Assembly: GCA_000165345.1 (NCBI GenBank)
Contig: CM000434.1
Span: forward strand, 1,120,001 to 1,184,000
Length of the DNA stretch: 64,000 nucleotides
Reading direction: 5' to 3'
In this document: positions 51,100 through 63,943 of the stretch, in pieces
Position numbering within the stretch: the first letter of the stretch is position 1
Layout of the letters: each line of letters starts with the position of its first letter
Notes under the pieces: generated by a model
The model's database searches: none
Seen by the model: only the letters and a program-made list of their open reading frames with translations
What the model was told of the DNA's origin: nothing
Position numbers and translations under genes: made by a program

Positions 51100-51992
51100 A
51101 GGTTTTTAAAGTAATATATTTTAATTAACAATCTCATTTTTTACCATTATATTTGGTCCATCCTTTTAAAAAAAGAATGGAAAGAAGTAGCTAACTAATT
51201 AATCAAATTTTATTTTTATATTTTATCTCTTTCATAGTTACCTAAGTCTAACCCTGAAAAATAACTATCATGTAATATTTTATTTTTTAGAAAATAAAAA
51301 ATCGGCGCCAACTAGTTTTTTTTTTACACACAAATTGTAATAAATACCTATTGATACCTTTAGAGTTTAAATAAAACTTGTGAATTGACTAAAGTGATTG
51401 CTTAAAGAATAAAAGAAATATGAAGACAAATTTGAGTTATAGATATTATTTAAGGAATAATATCTCCCGAATTTACTACTTTTACATACTATTATCAATG
51501 TTACACAAAGTAATGGCTCAGAGTGAAAAAAGAAAGTTGGCATTAGATCCTGATACATATACATCAAAAACTGTGTCTGAATATTTTTTGTCAAATCCTG
51601 TTACATTCTTTATAATGATTTGGATGTGTGTTCACGTTTTCCTGGGGATTCTATTCTTTTGCTTCCTATCTAGTGAACGATCTCTAATGAAGCCTACTTC
51701 CGTAACTTTATAAAAATTTACCAGATAATTTACTAGATATTATGTAAATTAATTATTTGAGTCTAAAAGATAAATAAAGAATTCATATTATCTATTTCTG
51801 AGGGGTTTCCTCATTAAAGTCAACTAAATAAAAATCTAAAAGCTAATATCTTGCAAAATGCATCTCCAATCATTCTCGTTTGGTCATTAAATTTTAAAAA
51901 TCGAAAAATTTACATCAATTTAAGCTTTTTAATATATCACTTAGAATTTAATATAATTTTATTATTATTTTATTACCCTTTTTTTCAACTAT

Positions 51993-52067
51993 ATACCGGC
52001 GCAGTACACGTAATTTTTTTTGAATTTCTTAAAATCCTATACCGGCATTTTTAAGTACCGGTATGCG
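51993..52067. promoter_or_regulatory. Composite module (ATACCGGCGCAGTACACGTAATTTT, ATACCGGCATTT, TACCGGTATGCG), 83-157 bp upstream of the beta-adaptin ATG
   Basis: Three ACCGG(C/T)A elements and one ACACGTAAT. Confidence 0.4.
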
Positions 52068-52149
52068 AAAGCAAAAGTTTTAAAAAAAAAAAAATTTGTG
52101 TAAATTTGTGGGAACTCAAAAAATACCCAAATTATTTCACAACGAATAG

Positions 52150-54804
52150 ATGCGAAAGGGAGTTGTTTCTATTAATTATGGAGATACAGCAGTTGCAGCT
52201 GAGGAAAATATTGAAAACCAAAATGGGAACGAATTATTTGTGGACCATAGAAGAGGAGAAGTTAATGATTTATATGAGAAACTTCAAGATATTACTCTGA
52301 TTAAGGATAGAGAAAAGAGGATTGAGCTTTTCCAAAAAGCTATTGCATTAATGACTCTAGGTGTAGATGTCTCTTCTCTTTATAGTCTAATGATTCTTGC
52401 TAGTGCTACACATGACCAAGTTGAGAAGAAAATCATATATCTATATCTTACTCATTATGCTGAGAGAAATTCAGAACTTGCTCTTTTGATGGTAAATACT
52501 TTAAGAAAAGATAGTGAAGATGAAGATCCTGTTATTAGGAGTCTTGCATTAAGAAGCTTCTCATCGCTTAAGATTCCTATTGCTATTGAATATATTGAGC
52601 CTATTCTGAAGAATGGATTGAGTGATTCTGTTGGATATGTCAGAAAAACTGCTGTAATGGGATGTCTCAAGTTTTTTCAATATTCTAAAGAAGATTTCTT
52701 CAATACTAATATATTGGACATTTTAATTTGTATGTTAAATACCGAATTAGATCCAAATACAATTACTAACTTAATTTATGTATTAAATGAAATTAATCAA
52801 GAAATAGGAGGAGCAACTTTTACGAAGCAATTTATTATCAAAATTCTTAACAATATTAAATCTTTTAATGAATGGAGTCAATATCATATCTTACAACTCA
52901 TCTTTCAAAATCTTTCAAATATTCTTCAACAAGATCAATCATATTCTTCAGAAACCAATTTTAAGGAACAGGTACCCTCTTCTGATGTTTTTCATATATT
53001 AAATGCTTTAGAAGAAGTAATTCGGCATTCAAGTGTTAATGTATTATTAATAAGTATTCAAATATTCATCTCTTTGACGAAACCTTATCCAAAGTTATTT
53101 TCTCAAGTAATACAGAGAATTAAGGGTCCACTTTTTACTCATGCATCCACTTCTATACCGGAGATCTCAGTAATAGTTTACTCACATATGCGACTTTTGT
53201 TTTCATATTTTTCAAATTATTCCAAAGATGGAGTATTTGTAAAAGAAGAAAACAAATGCTTTTATTCTTCATCTTCAATATTATCCTTTTATTATGATGA
53301 ATATAAATTACTTATGTTAAGAAATGGAGATCCTTTTTATATTCAAGATATTAAACTGGACCTAATTCCTTTTTTAACTTCTGAAGATAATATTGAACAT
53401 ATATTAGAAGAACTTTACCATTATTCCTATGAACTTGGGAATTCTTGTTTAATACATAAATCTGCCTATTTAATGTCGATCTTAATAATAAAATATATTC
53501 AGATCAAAGTTGATAATGATTCAGATAACTTTAATCCCCATGAGACACTTGAAAATGATCATATAATTAAATCCTATATAAATTTTTCAAAGGATTTAAT
53601 GGAATCAGAAAAAGAACAAGTTCTTAGCCCTGTTTTAATGGGGCTTGAATTAGTTTCAGAGTCTTTTCCTTGGGTAATAGAAGAAGTTGTTGGAAGATAT
53701 TTCTATATGATACTTGTGGAGAAGCTTAGCTTTAACACTGGTGGTATTTGTTCATTTTTGTGGATTATGGCAAAATTCCCAGATTATGTATATTGTGACA
53801 AAGGAGAAGTTTTAGATTATGTTGTAACAAATTTACTTGATATTTTTGAGAAGGATTCAAGTAATATAGAAAACTTGGTAAATAGACCATCAAATATATT
53901 TAGTATTCTTATTACAAGTTGTTGTAGGCTTTTGTTTGACTCTCCTGAAGATGTGAGACCAGTATTAGGAAGACTTTTAGCCTTTTCAATAGAAAGAATG
54001 GACTATCCAGATGTTAAGGATTTGGCTTTATTTTACTATAGATTATTACAGTTTGACTACAAGATTGCAAGAAACATAATTTTGAATGATTCAATATATT
54101 ATGAAACTAATGAAAACTTTCCACCTTCAGTTTCTATTCTCAAAGATTACTTTTATAGATGGAAGAATGAGAATCTATTTCAAAAGTTTAATACATGTTC
54201 TATAATATCTGAAGAATATAAAGAAATGGGAATAAAATTTGATTTTTTTGGATATTGCCAGAATGATGAGACAGAAACAGAATTAGAAGATTCTAACAAT
54301 ATTGAAAATAGGAAAGTAATAATAAGTGATAATATTTTAAAAGCATCACAAAATTCAACAGATTTGAAGCTAAAAGAATCAGTTTTTGTAGAGCCTGACG
54401 AATTTGAGAGACTTTGGAACAAAATTAATGATAGTTTAGAGATTCAAGAAGAAATTGAACATTTTAATTTTGAAGACTTTGAATTTATGGCTCTCTTTGA
54501 GGACAACTTAGCTACAGAAGGAATAATTTGTATTGCTTCAGGAGAAGTAGACGAGAGATCCTTTGAACTTTTTACATTTTGTATAGTAGAGGACTCTCAG
54601 AATTCGATAGATCTTCCTCTTTTGTGTAAAATTATCATAAATTACTCAAACTCAGAAAAAGTACATTACATATTAACTCAAATGAAGGTAGATACTCAAG
54701 ATACAGAAGACTTAAATATCTCACTGCACTGTAACTTTACTTGGTCTTGTATTAGAAACATTTTTGAGTCAAATATAAGACGACTACAAACCCCTGATTA
54801 CTAG
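52150..54804 (+). CDS. Adaptor-protein complex beta subunit (beta-adaptin-like large chain)
   Basis: 884 aa. The N-terminal adaptin region LYEKLQDITLIKDREKRIELFQKAIALMTLGVDVSSLYSLMILASATHDQVEKKIIYLYLTHYAERNSELALLMVNTLRKDSEDEDPVIRSLALRSFSS...VGYVRKTAVMGCLKFF aligns to beta-adaptin ([81 protein letters not shown]...PYVRKTAAVCVAKL). The class (AP-1/2/3/4) is not resolved. Confidence 0.75.
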   Translation: MRKGVVSINYGDTAVAAEENIENQNGNELFVDHRRGEVNDLYEKLQDITLIKDREKRIELFQKAIALMTLGVDVSSLYSLMILASATHDQVEKKIIYLYLTHYAERNSELALLMVNTLRKDSEDEDPVIRSLALRSFSSLKIPIAIEYIEPILKNGLSDSVGYVRKTAVMGCLKFFQYSKEDFFNTNILDILICMLNTELDPNTITNLIYVLNEINQEIGGATFTKQFIIKILNNIKSFNEWSQYHILQLIFQNLSNILQQDQSYSSETNFKEQVPSSDVFHILNALEEVIRHSSVNVLLISIQIFISLTKPYPKLFSQVIQRIKGPLFTHASTSIPEISVIVYSHMRLLFSYFSNYSKDGVFVKEENKCFYSSSSILSFYYDEYKLLMLRNGDPFYIQDIKLDLIPFLTSEDNIEHILEELYHYSYELGNSCLIHKSAYLMSILIIKYIQIKVDNDSDNFNPHETLENDHIIKSYINFSKDLMESEKEQVLSPVLMGLELVSESFPWVIEEVVGRYFYMILVEKLSFNTGGICSFLWIMAKFPDYVYCDKGEVLDYVVTNLLDIFEKDSSNIENLVNRPSNIFSILITSCCRLLFDSPEDVRPVLGRLLAFSIERMDYPDVKDLALFYYRLLQFDYKIARNIILNDSIYYETNENFPPSVSILKDYFYRWKNENLFQKFNTCSIISEEYKEMGIKFDFFGYCQNDETETELEDSNNIENRKVIISDNILKASQNSTDLKLKESVFVEPDEFERLWNKINDSLEIQEEIEHFNFEDFEFMALFEDNLATEGIICIASGEVDERSFELFTFCIVEDSQNSIDLPLLCKIIINYSNSEKVHYILTQMKVDTQDTEDLNISLHCNFTWSCIRNIFESNIRRLQTPDY

Positions 54805-54865
54805 TATAATCCTTTATTATTTTATTCAATTTTAATATTTCTTTACTTTCCTAAATAGTAATTTC

Positions 54866-54937
54866 ACACGTAATTTGTGCATGCATGCAAAAAAGTTTAC
54901 AAGAAAATAGATGACGTGTTTGCATGTGGACAATACG
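54866..54937. promoter_or_regulatory. Composite module (CACACGTAATT, TGTGCATGCATGCAAAA, GACGTG, TTTGCATGTGGACAATACG) between the beta-adaptin gene and the next gene
   Basis: The sequence is cacacgtaatttgtgcatgcatgcaaaaaag...gacgtgtttgcatgtggacaatacg. Confidence 0.4.
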
Positions 54938-55210
54938 ATTTTGCGAGGATAAGAAATTTCTGTAGTAGTGGCAGACGGTTTATAATGTGTGTGCATTAGA
55001 GGAAAAGAGATAAATAAAAAATTAGAATAATTAACTCGCTCGAAAAGAAGGGGTTTATTGAAGAATACAAATAGAAATTCTACATAGTTAAGCTCTAATT
55101 TGCAGACTTTGATGGTTAGAATGAGTTTATCTAAGTCAAAATTATGATGAATAAGATTTGTTAATATAACTGGATAATAGGTTGAAATAATACTGGCAAT
55201 GTGTTGGGTA

Positions 55211-55224
55211 TTTCCCGCCAAAAC
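55211..55224. promoter_or_regulatory. E2F-like box TTTCCCGCCAAAAC, 79 bp upstream of the candidate first-exon ATG (55290)
   Basis: GGCGGGAA core in the reverse orientation. Confidence 0.45.
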
Positions 55225-55289
55225 CTATAAATAGATAACACAAGGAGAAGAAGGAACAATAGCGGAAATTGATAGAAAAATATTGAAAA

Positions 55290-56794
55290 ATGGAAGTTCC
55301 AATATTTTCAGAAACACCTCTTTCAATGCAGAGGAATAGAGAGGCCTTTGTTCAACAGATTAAGAGGTAAGTGTGTGTGGGGGTCTAAAGAGATCAAAAA
55401 GGCTCTGGATAAGGTTTTAACTAAAGTAATAATAAATGAATAGGGATTTAGGGGAATATTTTGCTATAATGGGTATAAAAGATTGCGAGTATTATAGTTT
55501 AGAAGAAGTTTTGGAGAGAGTAAAGACTTCAAATATAAGATTTAATAGAGATGTGATGAGAAACGTATTTTTATCAATAAAGCCAACACATATAGATAAA
55601 TGTAGTGGAAAGCAAATTAAGGATAACTATTTGAAAAGAAGATGGGAACTTCAGACAATGTTAGACACTTGTTTTAGGGAGTTTGAAGCTTTGGAACAAC
55701 TTAGACAGCAAGCTGAGAATAATTTGAGGAGGTATGAGAATGTTGCAAGTAAATACGACCAAGAGGAAAGCAAGTTAATGATTCAAGTGGTCAGTTTAGA
55801 TTTACAAAAAGAGATGAATTTGGAGGTAGGATATAAGGTTCACTTGGAATGTCAGGATCAAGTAATTGAGACTCAATGGAAAAGGTATCAACATGATAAG
55901 AAGTGCGTATTTTGGAATGAGTTGTTCAGTTTTGAGATTGAGAGAAAATTTGCAACTGAGGCAAATATTTTAGATATAATATTATTGGATAGTAGAAGTA
56001 ATTTGCAGCTAGGAGGATGCAATGTAATCTTAGATGAGCTTGCAGACCAAAGAAAACATGAATTGAGAAAGGAGATTTACAGTAATACTGATGAAGTTGT
56101 AATAGGATCTTTATTGATTTCTTGTCAATGGTTATATTCGAGACATATTTTATATAAAAGTTATGTAAGAGAATTTAAGCAAAAAAGAGATCAGAAAATG
56201 GAGGATTTGAATACTTATCAAAATGAACTGGCTTGTTTAGATGAACCTTTCTTACCAAAATCAAACAATCTTTCTTTATATTCTTATTTATCATCAGTTC
56301 CAGATTATTTAGCAAATAAACTGGATAACTCACTAACTCAATTTAAAATAAATGGCCCAGAAGTACTTTACAAATATGTAATCTTTATTTCATTTCTTCT
56401 TCAATGGATTGCTAGTGCTACAAGATCATGCTACTTGGATTCTTTGACAACTTGTTATATATTTTGGTGTAATCTTGGTAATGAGGGATTTGCTTCTTCT
56501 AGATGGACTAATAATGGATTCAAGTTTATCCTTTATTCCATATTTATTTCACTTATTATTGATATATTCTGGATGAACATATTCTTTCCAGCATGGAGTG
56601 TTAGCTCTGAAGAAGGTGACCTTCGCAATTTCTCTAAAGTCTTTACATTCTTTAACTTTGTTTGGAAGATCATACTTTTTTTTATAATCTGGAAATCTAG
56701 AAATGATTTTATTAAATTCCAGCAATACGATGAAGCCCTATTGAGAAAAAACAAACATGGAAATCTAAGTCTACAAAATCATCTCAATTATTAA
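55290..56794 (+). CDS. Hypothetical protein with a C-terminal multi-TM region; candidate upstream mini-exon (55290..55366) spliced to 55444..56794
   Basis: The unspliced ORF 55436..56794 (452 aa) is certain as an ORF. Upstream, ATG 55290 opens MEVPIFSETPLSMQRNREAFVQQIK plus AG, ending at GTAAGT (55367). The acceptor AAATGAATAG has its AG at 55442..55443 and joins in frame (AG+G=R) to DLGEYFAIMGIK..., the same frame as the long ORF. C-terminal hydrophobic helices include VIFISFLLQWIASA and FILYSIFISLIIDIFWMNIFF. Confidence 0.45.
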
Positions 56795-56955
56795 ACATTT
56801 CCCGCCTATTCAATTCATGCACCATTCTCATAGTCTAGTTTGACAACAGATTTCAAATTTAGAAATTAATCAATTAATTACCCTAAATAATTGTCTAATT
56901 AATTTACAACTAATAACTATTCTATCCTATTTCTTTTTTTTTTATAAATATATTT

Positions 56956-57027
56956 GGTACCGGTACCTATCATAAATTTTTATATTGTCTCGAGATCCAA
57001 TTTTTAGATATGCATGCATGCAAAAGT
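56956..57027. promoter_or_regulatory. Composite module (12-bp palindrome GGTACCGGTACC and ATATGCATGCATGCAAAAG) in a tail-to-tail intergenic region
   Basis: The sequence is ggtaccggtacctatcataaatttttatattgtctcgagatccaatttttagatatgcatgcatgcaaaag. Confidence 0.35.
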
Positions 57028-57489
57028 AAAATAAAGAAAATCAATAGAAATAGAAATAAAATATAAGGTAAGGAAATGAAAGAGTTCCAATGTATAAATA
57101 TAATAAGTTTTCTCTTTTGATTTCCATCTTTCTTTAATTAACTTCTAATGTATAGACTTGTAATAGCAGTAAATGTACAAATAAAACTTATAAGAAGGAC
57201 TAGAAATTTACTCCTCTCTTTTTTTCTCCATTTTATCCCTTTCTTTCTCTTTGTTTCTCTCTATAATAAATAAGAATGAGTTCCCCCAAGCTCTTCTTGT
57301 TCATAAATATAGAGAAACATTTAATATATAGTTTATAGTAATTTGAGAAATTGGATTCAACCAAGTAAAACTAGACTTTTAAATTTTGTCCTTCTTATAT
57401 TATTTCTTCTTATTCTCTTTCTCTGTTATTCCTTTCCTCTCTTCATTCCTCATAATAAACTATTTCCTAAGTAATTTATTATTACCAAA

Positions 57490-58278
57490 TCACTTCCTCC
57501 AAGACCAACCAATATTCTTAATAGAGCTTCCCAAAGCTGCAATCTTTGACTTATGAACTTCTGGATGTCTGTAATGATAAATTTTCTCATAAATTCTATG
57601 GAAGAATCCATAAATGAAATAATAGACTTTCTTTGGATATCCCAAAGGATTATTCTTGATATTTAGTATTATCTTATTCACTTTTTTGTAGAAGATTCCC
57701 CAGTTCTTCTTTAAAAAGAAAATAATTTGATCACAAAATCTTATAGAATTCCTTAAAAAGCTAAATGCTTTACATATTAATTCTTTAATATTAACAAACA
57801 CTTTTATTGATCCTGATTTTAGAAAATGATATATGTTATATCCACAGGATCCAATCTTTGAAATGAACTCACTCTTCTGAATCTTTTCCTTTGAATCTGT
57901 TATAGCTTGAGATAATGATTCCAAACGAGGAGTTGGATAAGAAAATACTTGACTCTTACTCTTAATCTTCTCCTCATATCTAATCTTAAACTCCTCTGGT
58001 TCAGAACTCTCCACTTCCCTTGCTGTTGTTGAAGCTAAATCTATTGCTTCTTCTGTTGATATATAACCTCTATGGTAATCTTTCCATACAAATGAATCTG
58101 AAAGTGAATTCTTTCCAGATTCAACAAATTCCGAAACTTGACCAATTATTGGCTTTGCAAATGTTGCTGATGCTCTTGCTACATTTACCAAGTTATATTC
58201 CTTTTCATCTGATCCCATTATAAAGTTACCAATTCCATTTGCTATGTTTCCTAAAAATGATCTTCTTGTTTCTGACAT
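57490..58278 (-). CDS. Hypothetical protein
   Basis: 262 aa with an ATG start. It has no recognisable domain and a Y/K/I-rich C-terminus. Confidence 0.4.
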   Translation of the reverse strand: MSETRRSFLGNIANGIGNFIMGSDEKEYNLVNVARASATFAKPIIGQVSEFVESGKNSLSDSFVWKDYHRGYISTEEAIDLASTTAREVESSEPEEFKIRYEEKIKSKSQVFSYPTPRLESLSQAITDSKEKIQKSEFISKIGSCGYNIYHFLKSGSIKVFVNIKELICKAFSFLRNSIRFCDQIIFFLKKNWGIFYKKVNKIILNIKNNPLGYPKKVYYFIYGFFHRIYEKIYHYRHPEVHKSKIAALGSSIKNIGWSWRK

Positions 58279-58602
58279 TTTGAAAAAATATTATAGAATT
58301 TACTCCTATTTATTTCTTTCAGATTCTATTTAACAATACTCACTCTTTTTACAACTCTGTAAAAAATGAATCTATCTTATATTATTTAGGTACCTTATTG
58401 GTACCCAGATAATCTAGACATCACGTATTATTATGATCTTTTTCTCATATCTACATGAAATACTTTGGATTCATTCTCTTTACACTTTCTTTACACTTTC
58501 TTTTTCCAACATAGACCGGACATTCCGTCTTTTGGTAGTATTTTCATGTGCTTTTCTTTTGTTATTTGCCTATTTATTAATTTTTATAATTATGTGCATC
58601 AT

Positions 58603-58616
58603 TTAGGCGGGAAAAC
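58603..58616. promoter_or_regulatory. E2F-like box TTAGGCGGGAAAAC plus adjacent ATGCATGCA in the divergent promoter between 57490..58278 and the kinase gene
   Basis: The sequence is ttaggcgggaaaacatgcacaaattatgcatgcacaat. Confidence 0.45.
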
Positions 58617-58767
58617 ATGCACAAATTATGCATGCACAATTTTTAGATAATATTAAATATTTATTAAAGTATAATAAAATTATTGAAAGAAAAGATGAAG
58701 ATTGAAAATTGAAGGGATATAAAAGAAAACAACTAGATATAGAGAGACAAGGCGAGTGAGTAAAAAT

Positions 58768-60224
58768 ATGATTTTTAAGATTAAAAGTTTATTAAATTTA
58801 GATAGAAATGGTTTTCTTTGGGTATTAGTTAAGACAAATATAGAAAATGACGATTTGAGTGTTAACTACTGCTTAAATAATTATGCCTACAATTCATCAA
58901 AGGAAGGATTCTTAGGTGAAGGTAGTTACTTTAGGGCATATAGGGGTAGGAAACTTTTTTCTTTTAATAAGGATAGTGTTGGAAGTATCTTAACCACACT
59001 TAAAATAGGGTTATTATCATGTCTTAAATCTCATAAAGTTGCTTTGGTTATGGAAAATAACCAAAAGATAATTTTATCTGTGTATGAGAGGGTGATTTTG
59101 GAATATTTAATAATGAGAAAATTGAATCATTCCAGTATACCAAGAGTTCTTGACTTGATTGAGGTACCAGAATCGAATCAAATAGTGCTAGTTCATGAGT
59201 ATCTACCTTTTCAGTTGATGTATTGGAATAGGTATGGTAAATTTTATAGTGTAATTAATAATTCTAGAAGGATTATGGTTTATAGTGAGAAGATTTCAAT
59301 AATAATATTGTACCAATTACTTGTTTGTGTTGATTATTTACATGAACATAGAATTGTACATAGGGATATTAAGCCAGAAAATATCTTTTTAACAGAAAAA
59401 GTTGATGAATCAGATTTGATTTGCACTTTTGAAGATCTGAATAGTTTGGATGAGGATGAGGAAGATGAGGATGAATTGTTTGAGGAAAAGTGTCTTTGGG
59501 AGGATGCTCCCATATTTGAGTCAACTTCAGGAGCAAAAGCTGAACAAATAAGATTATTAAGAGAAAGAGATGTGGAAGAAGAAGAAGAAAAAACGGATTT
59601 CTTGGGGAGGAGCTCCTTAATGCAGTTATTGGTGCTCAAAGAATATATGGAATACTTCAAAAAAGACTTTCCTTCAACAAATAAGGAGTCTGATACCGCA
59701 CTTAAGTTTATTTCCAAGTTCCAAGTAAAACTTTCCGATTTCAACTCATCTATTATAGTTAATGACTCTGGGTTGATATATGATTCTGGTAAGTTTAATT
59801 ATATTTTAAGGTGATTTATAGGAGGGAGAGGGAGTAAACTTCTAGGAAATATCATCATCATCATAATTACCATTAATTAATTAACTCTTGATTACCATTT
59901 ATAATAGAAGGATCTATGTTATTTACTCCTCCAGAGTGTTTTAAGTTGGAATGTACCAAAGATGGAATAGATGGATTTAAAAGAGATATTTGGTCAATAG
60001 GATGCGTTATGTATTGTATCTTGAATGGAAGCCCTCCATTTTTTGGACAAGATACAAGAGAACTTTTAAGATCCATAAAAGAGAACTCTGAAAACTTAGT
60101 TTTCAACCGAGAAGGAATATCATTGGAAACAAGAATGCTGATTCAAGATATGTTGTGTATAGATCCAATTAATAGAATTTCTGTCAAGAATGCGATTGAA
60201 AGAGTAAGAAAAATGTTGAATTAA
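58768..60224 (+). CDS. Serine/threonine protein kinase with a DFN variant of DFG and a long acidic insert, two exons (58768..59788, 59908..60224)
   Basis: The track start at 58756 is GTG; the first ATG is at 58768. The kinase motifs are LGEGSYFRAY (G-loop-like), HRDIKPENIFL (VIb) and SDFNSS (VII). The donor GTAAGT is at 59789, phase 1. The acceptor ATAATAG has its AG at 59906..59907. Exon 2 opens with subdomain VIII GSMLFTPPE, then DIWSIGCVMYCILNGSPPFFG. A D/E-rich insert (DEDEEDEDELFEE...EEEEEK) lies between VIb and VII. Confidence 0.7.
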
Positions 60225-60367
60225 ATATTAATTTAGAGGTTATTGTATTTTCTTGGTTGGTTTAACTTTAACTTGATTTATTTGAAATGAATGAAAATAT
60301 ATAAAATTTTGTCTTCTATTGCTTTGATTGCTTTCTTAGTTAATTTGTATGAGAGTATATACAAACT

Positions 60368-62233
<1,866 letters not shown>

Positions 62234-62349
62234 CTATTTCTCTATGATATCTCAATTCCTTCTAATAATCAGAAAAAAACACCAAAGTTCCTCCTTTTCT
62301 TTAATTACAGGCTTCGTGATGAAAAAAAAATGTTTTTTCTGTCAAGAAC

Positions 62350-62364
62350 TTTTCCCGCCAAAAT
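62350..62364. promoter_or_regulatory. E2F-like box TTTTCCCGCCAAAAT, 126 bp upstream of the Cpn60 ATG
   Basis: GGCGGGAA core in the reverse orientation. Confidence 0.5.
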
Positions 62365-62393
62365 AAATGTCATTTTACCAAAATTCGAGCATC

Positions 62394-62470
62394 ATGCAAA
62401 CATTTGTAACATTGCCAGTAAAAATGACTGCATGTGGAAATATGTCATTGCATGCAGACACGTGTAAATA
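62394..62470. promoter_or_regulatory. Composite module (CATGCAAAC, TGCCAG, CTGCATGTGGAAAT, CATTGCATGCAGACACGTGTAAAT) upstream of Cpn60
   Basis: The sequence is catgcaaacatttgtaacattgccagtaaaaatgactgcatgtggaaatatgtcattgcatgcagacacgtgtaaat. Confidence 0.4.
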
Positions 62471-62791
62471 ATATGCAATTTCTGCTGCAATACAATAATT
62501 GTGCGAATATTTAGTGGAGCTAAGAGAAAGAGAATAGTACTTAAGATTTGAAGAATTCATATAAGAGTTTTCTAAGTAGCACACATCAAATTTAAAAATA
62601 AATAAAAGAGTAAATACATCCATATTTACAACAATTGGCTGTATAGATAAGAATAAGAGCATATTTTTGAAGATTTGAAAATAAACTAGGGGTACAAACA
62701 AATTATATATAATAAAATGAGATAGAATTAAATGATTAATTAATATAAAATTGGTCATAAAGTCAAAAATGATAATAATTGTCTCTAAATA

Positions 62792-63943
62792 TTAAATTAC
62801 AGAGTTAATAAAAGCACCAATTTTTTGGTAGTACTCTTTCTTGGGGTTTGGTCCTGGAAGATTATGGTTAGCTCCCTCAATCCACCAAGTAGTTACTGGA
62901 GGATGGAATTTATTTTCTTTCGCATTCTCAAACAACTTCTTAGAGTTTGAAATATGAATAACTTGGTCATTAGTTCCATGCAAAATAAGAATTGGAAATG
63001 GCACTTTTCGAATATTCCTATAGTTTGGAAATACATCACATGGTATATCTTTCTTATAATCTGGAGCTAAAAGAGCATTTAAACCCGAAGCTATTCCAGA
63101 TTGAATAATAATTCCTCCTAAAGGGAGCCCAGACCTATTACAATCAATATTGGATTTATCAGAAGTTGTTCCTGCACCTGTATTCTTTTTCAACTTCTTC
63201 CTAAGTTTTCTAGCAAGGTGTACTGTTGGAGCTGAACCTATACTTTGTCCTAACAGAAAAATTCGATCAGTTGGAAAATTTAATTCATCTCTTGCATATT
63301 CATAAACTGCTTTGATATCTGCATAAATCCCTCTCTCTGTCGGTTTTCCTTTGGAAAGTCCATATGATCTATAATCATAAGCTAAAACATGCGCATTTAA
63401 CTTTAAGCTCAAATTTACAAACCAAGGTAGCATGCTTCCAATATCTGTCGCATTTCCATGACTAAATATGAATACTGGAATCTTTTCTCTAGTACCATCT
63501 CCATTATGAACTGGGGATATACTAATACAAGAAATAGGTATCTTTGATCTGCCACTTTCCAACCAAGTACAAAAAATATCAGCCTTTCTCTCTCCAACTA
63601 ACAAATCTTCCAATCTCTTTTCTATATTAGTCACAGATCTTAAGGTAATCTTTTCTAACCCAAATCTCATGCGTATATACTCCTTCTTAAACTCTATTTC
63701 GCTTCCATCTCGATCTCTCAATACTAGACCGCTCAATTTCGGAGGAAAGAATGAGAATGATGATACCACTTTTCCTCTCAAACCCAAAGCTGACAAGCAA
63801 CATAATGTTGCTATTATGGGACCACTTGGAATCTTATTTTCGTTCTGAGTTTGTCCTTGCCCTTGTCCTTGTCCCTGACCTTGTGCTTGCTGTTCTGAAC
63901 TGTCCAACCTATACTCCAAATTCTTTTCACTAAAATCTGTCAT
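62792..63943 (-). CDS. Alpha/beta-hydrolase, ABHD17/ABHD13 (BEM46)-like serine hydrolase with an N-terminal Cys cluster and a (GQ)n repeat
   Basis: 383 aa. The nucleophile elbow is GQSIG, within FIFSHGNATDIGSMLPWF...LLGQSIGSAPTVHLA. Asp/His-region motifs are ILILHGTNDQVIHI and GANHNLPG. The N-terminus reads QAQGQGQGQGQGQTQ then TLCCLSALGL, resembling a palmitoylation-site cluster. Confidence 0.7.
   Translation of the reverse strand: MTDFSEKNLEYRLDSSEQQAQGQGQGQGQGQTQNENKIPSGPIIATLCCLSALGLRGKVVSSFSFFPPKLSGLVLRDRDGSEIEFKKEYIRMRFGLEKITLRSVTNIEKRLEDLLVGERKADIFCTWLESGRSKIPISCISISPVHNGDGTREKIPVFIFSHGNATDIGSMLPWFVNLSLKLNAHVLAYDYRSYGLSKGKPTERGIYADIKAVYEYARDELNFPTDRIFLLGQSIGSAPTVHLARKLRKKLKKNTGAGTTSDKSNIDCNRSGLPLGGIIIQSGIASGLNALLAPDYKKDIPCDVFPNYRNIRKVPFPILILHGTNDQVIHISNSKKLFENAKENKFHPPVTTWWIEGANHNLPGPNPKKEYYQKIGAFINSVI
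63850..63891. repeat. Coding (GGN CAA)n microsatellite giving a (GQ)6 run in the hydrolase N-terminus
   Basis: The + strand reads ttgtccttgcccttgtccttgtccctgaccttgtgcttgctg, the reverse complement of caa ggt cag ggacaaggacaagggcaaggacaa. Confidence 0.7.

Noticed and set aside
54832-55221. 129-aa minus-strand ORF in the track
   Set aside because: It lies entirely within the AT-rich promoter region of the 55290 gene and overlaps the composite module and the E2F-like box. The translation is low-complexity with no domain, so it is a spurious AT-rich ORF.
62375-62758. 127-aa minus-strand ORF between Cpn60 and the hydrolase
   Set aside because: It overlaps the Cpn60 promoter elements (E2F-like box 62350, module 62394-62470). 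Hydrophobic, low-complexity translation and no start-context support.
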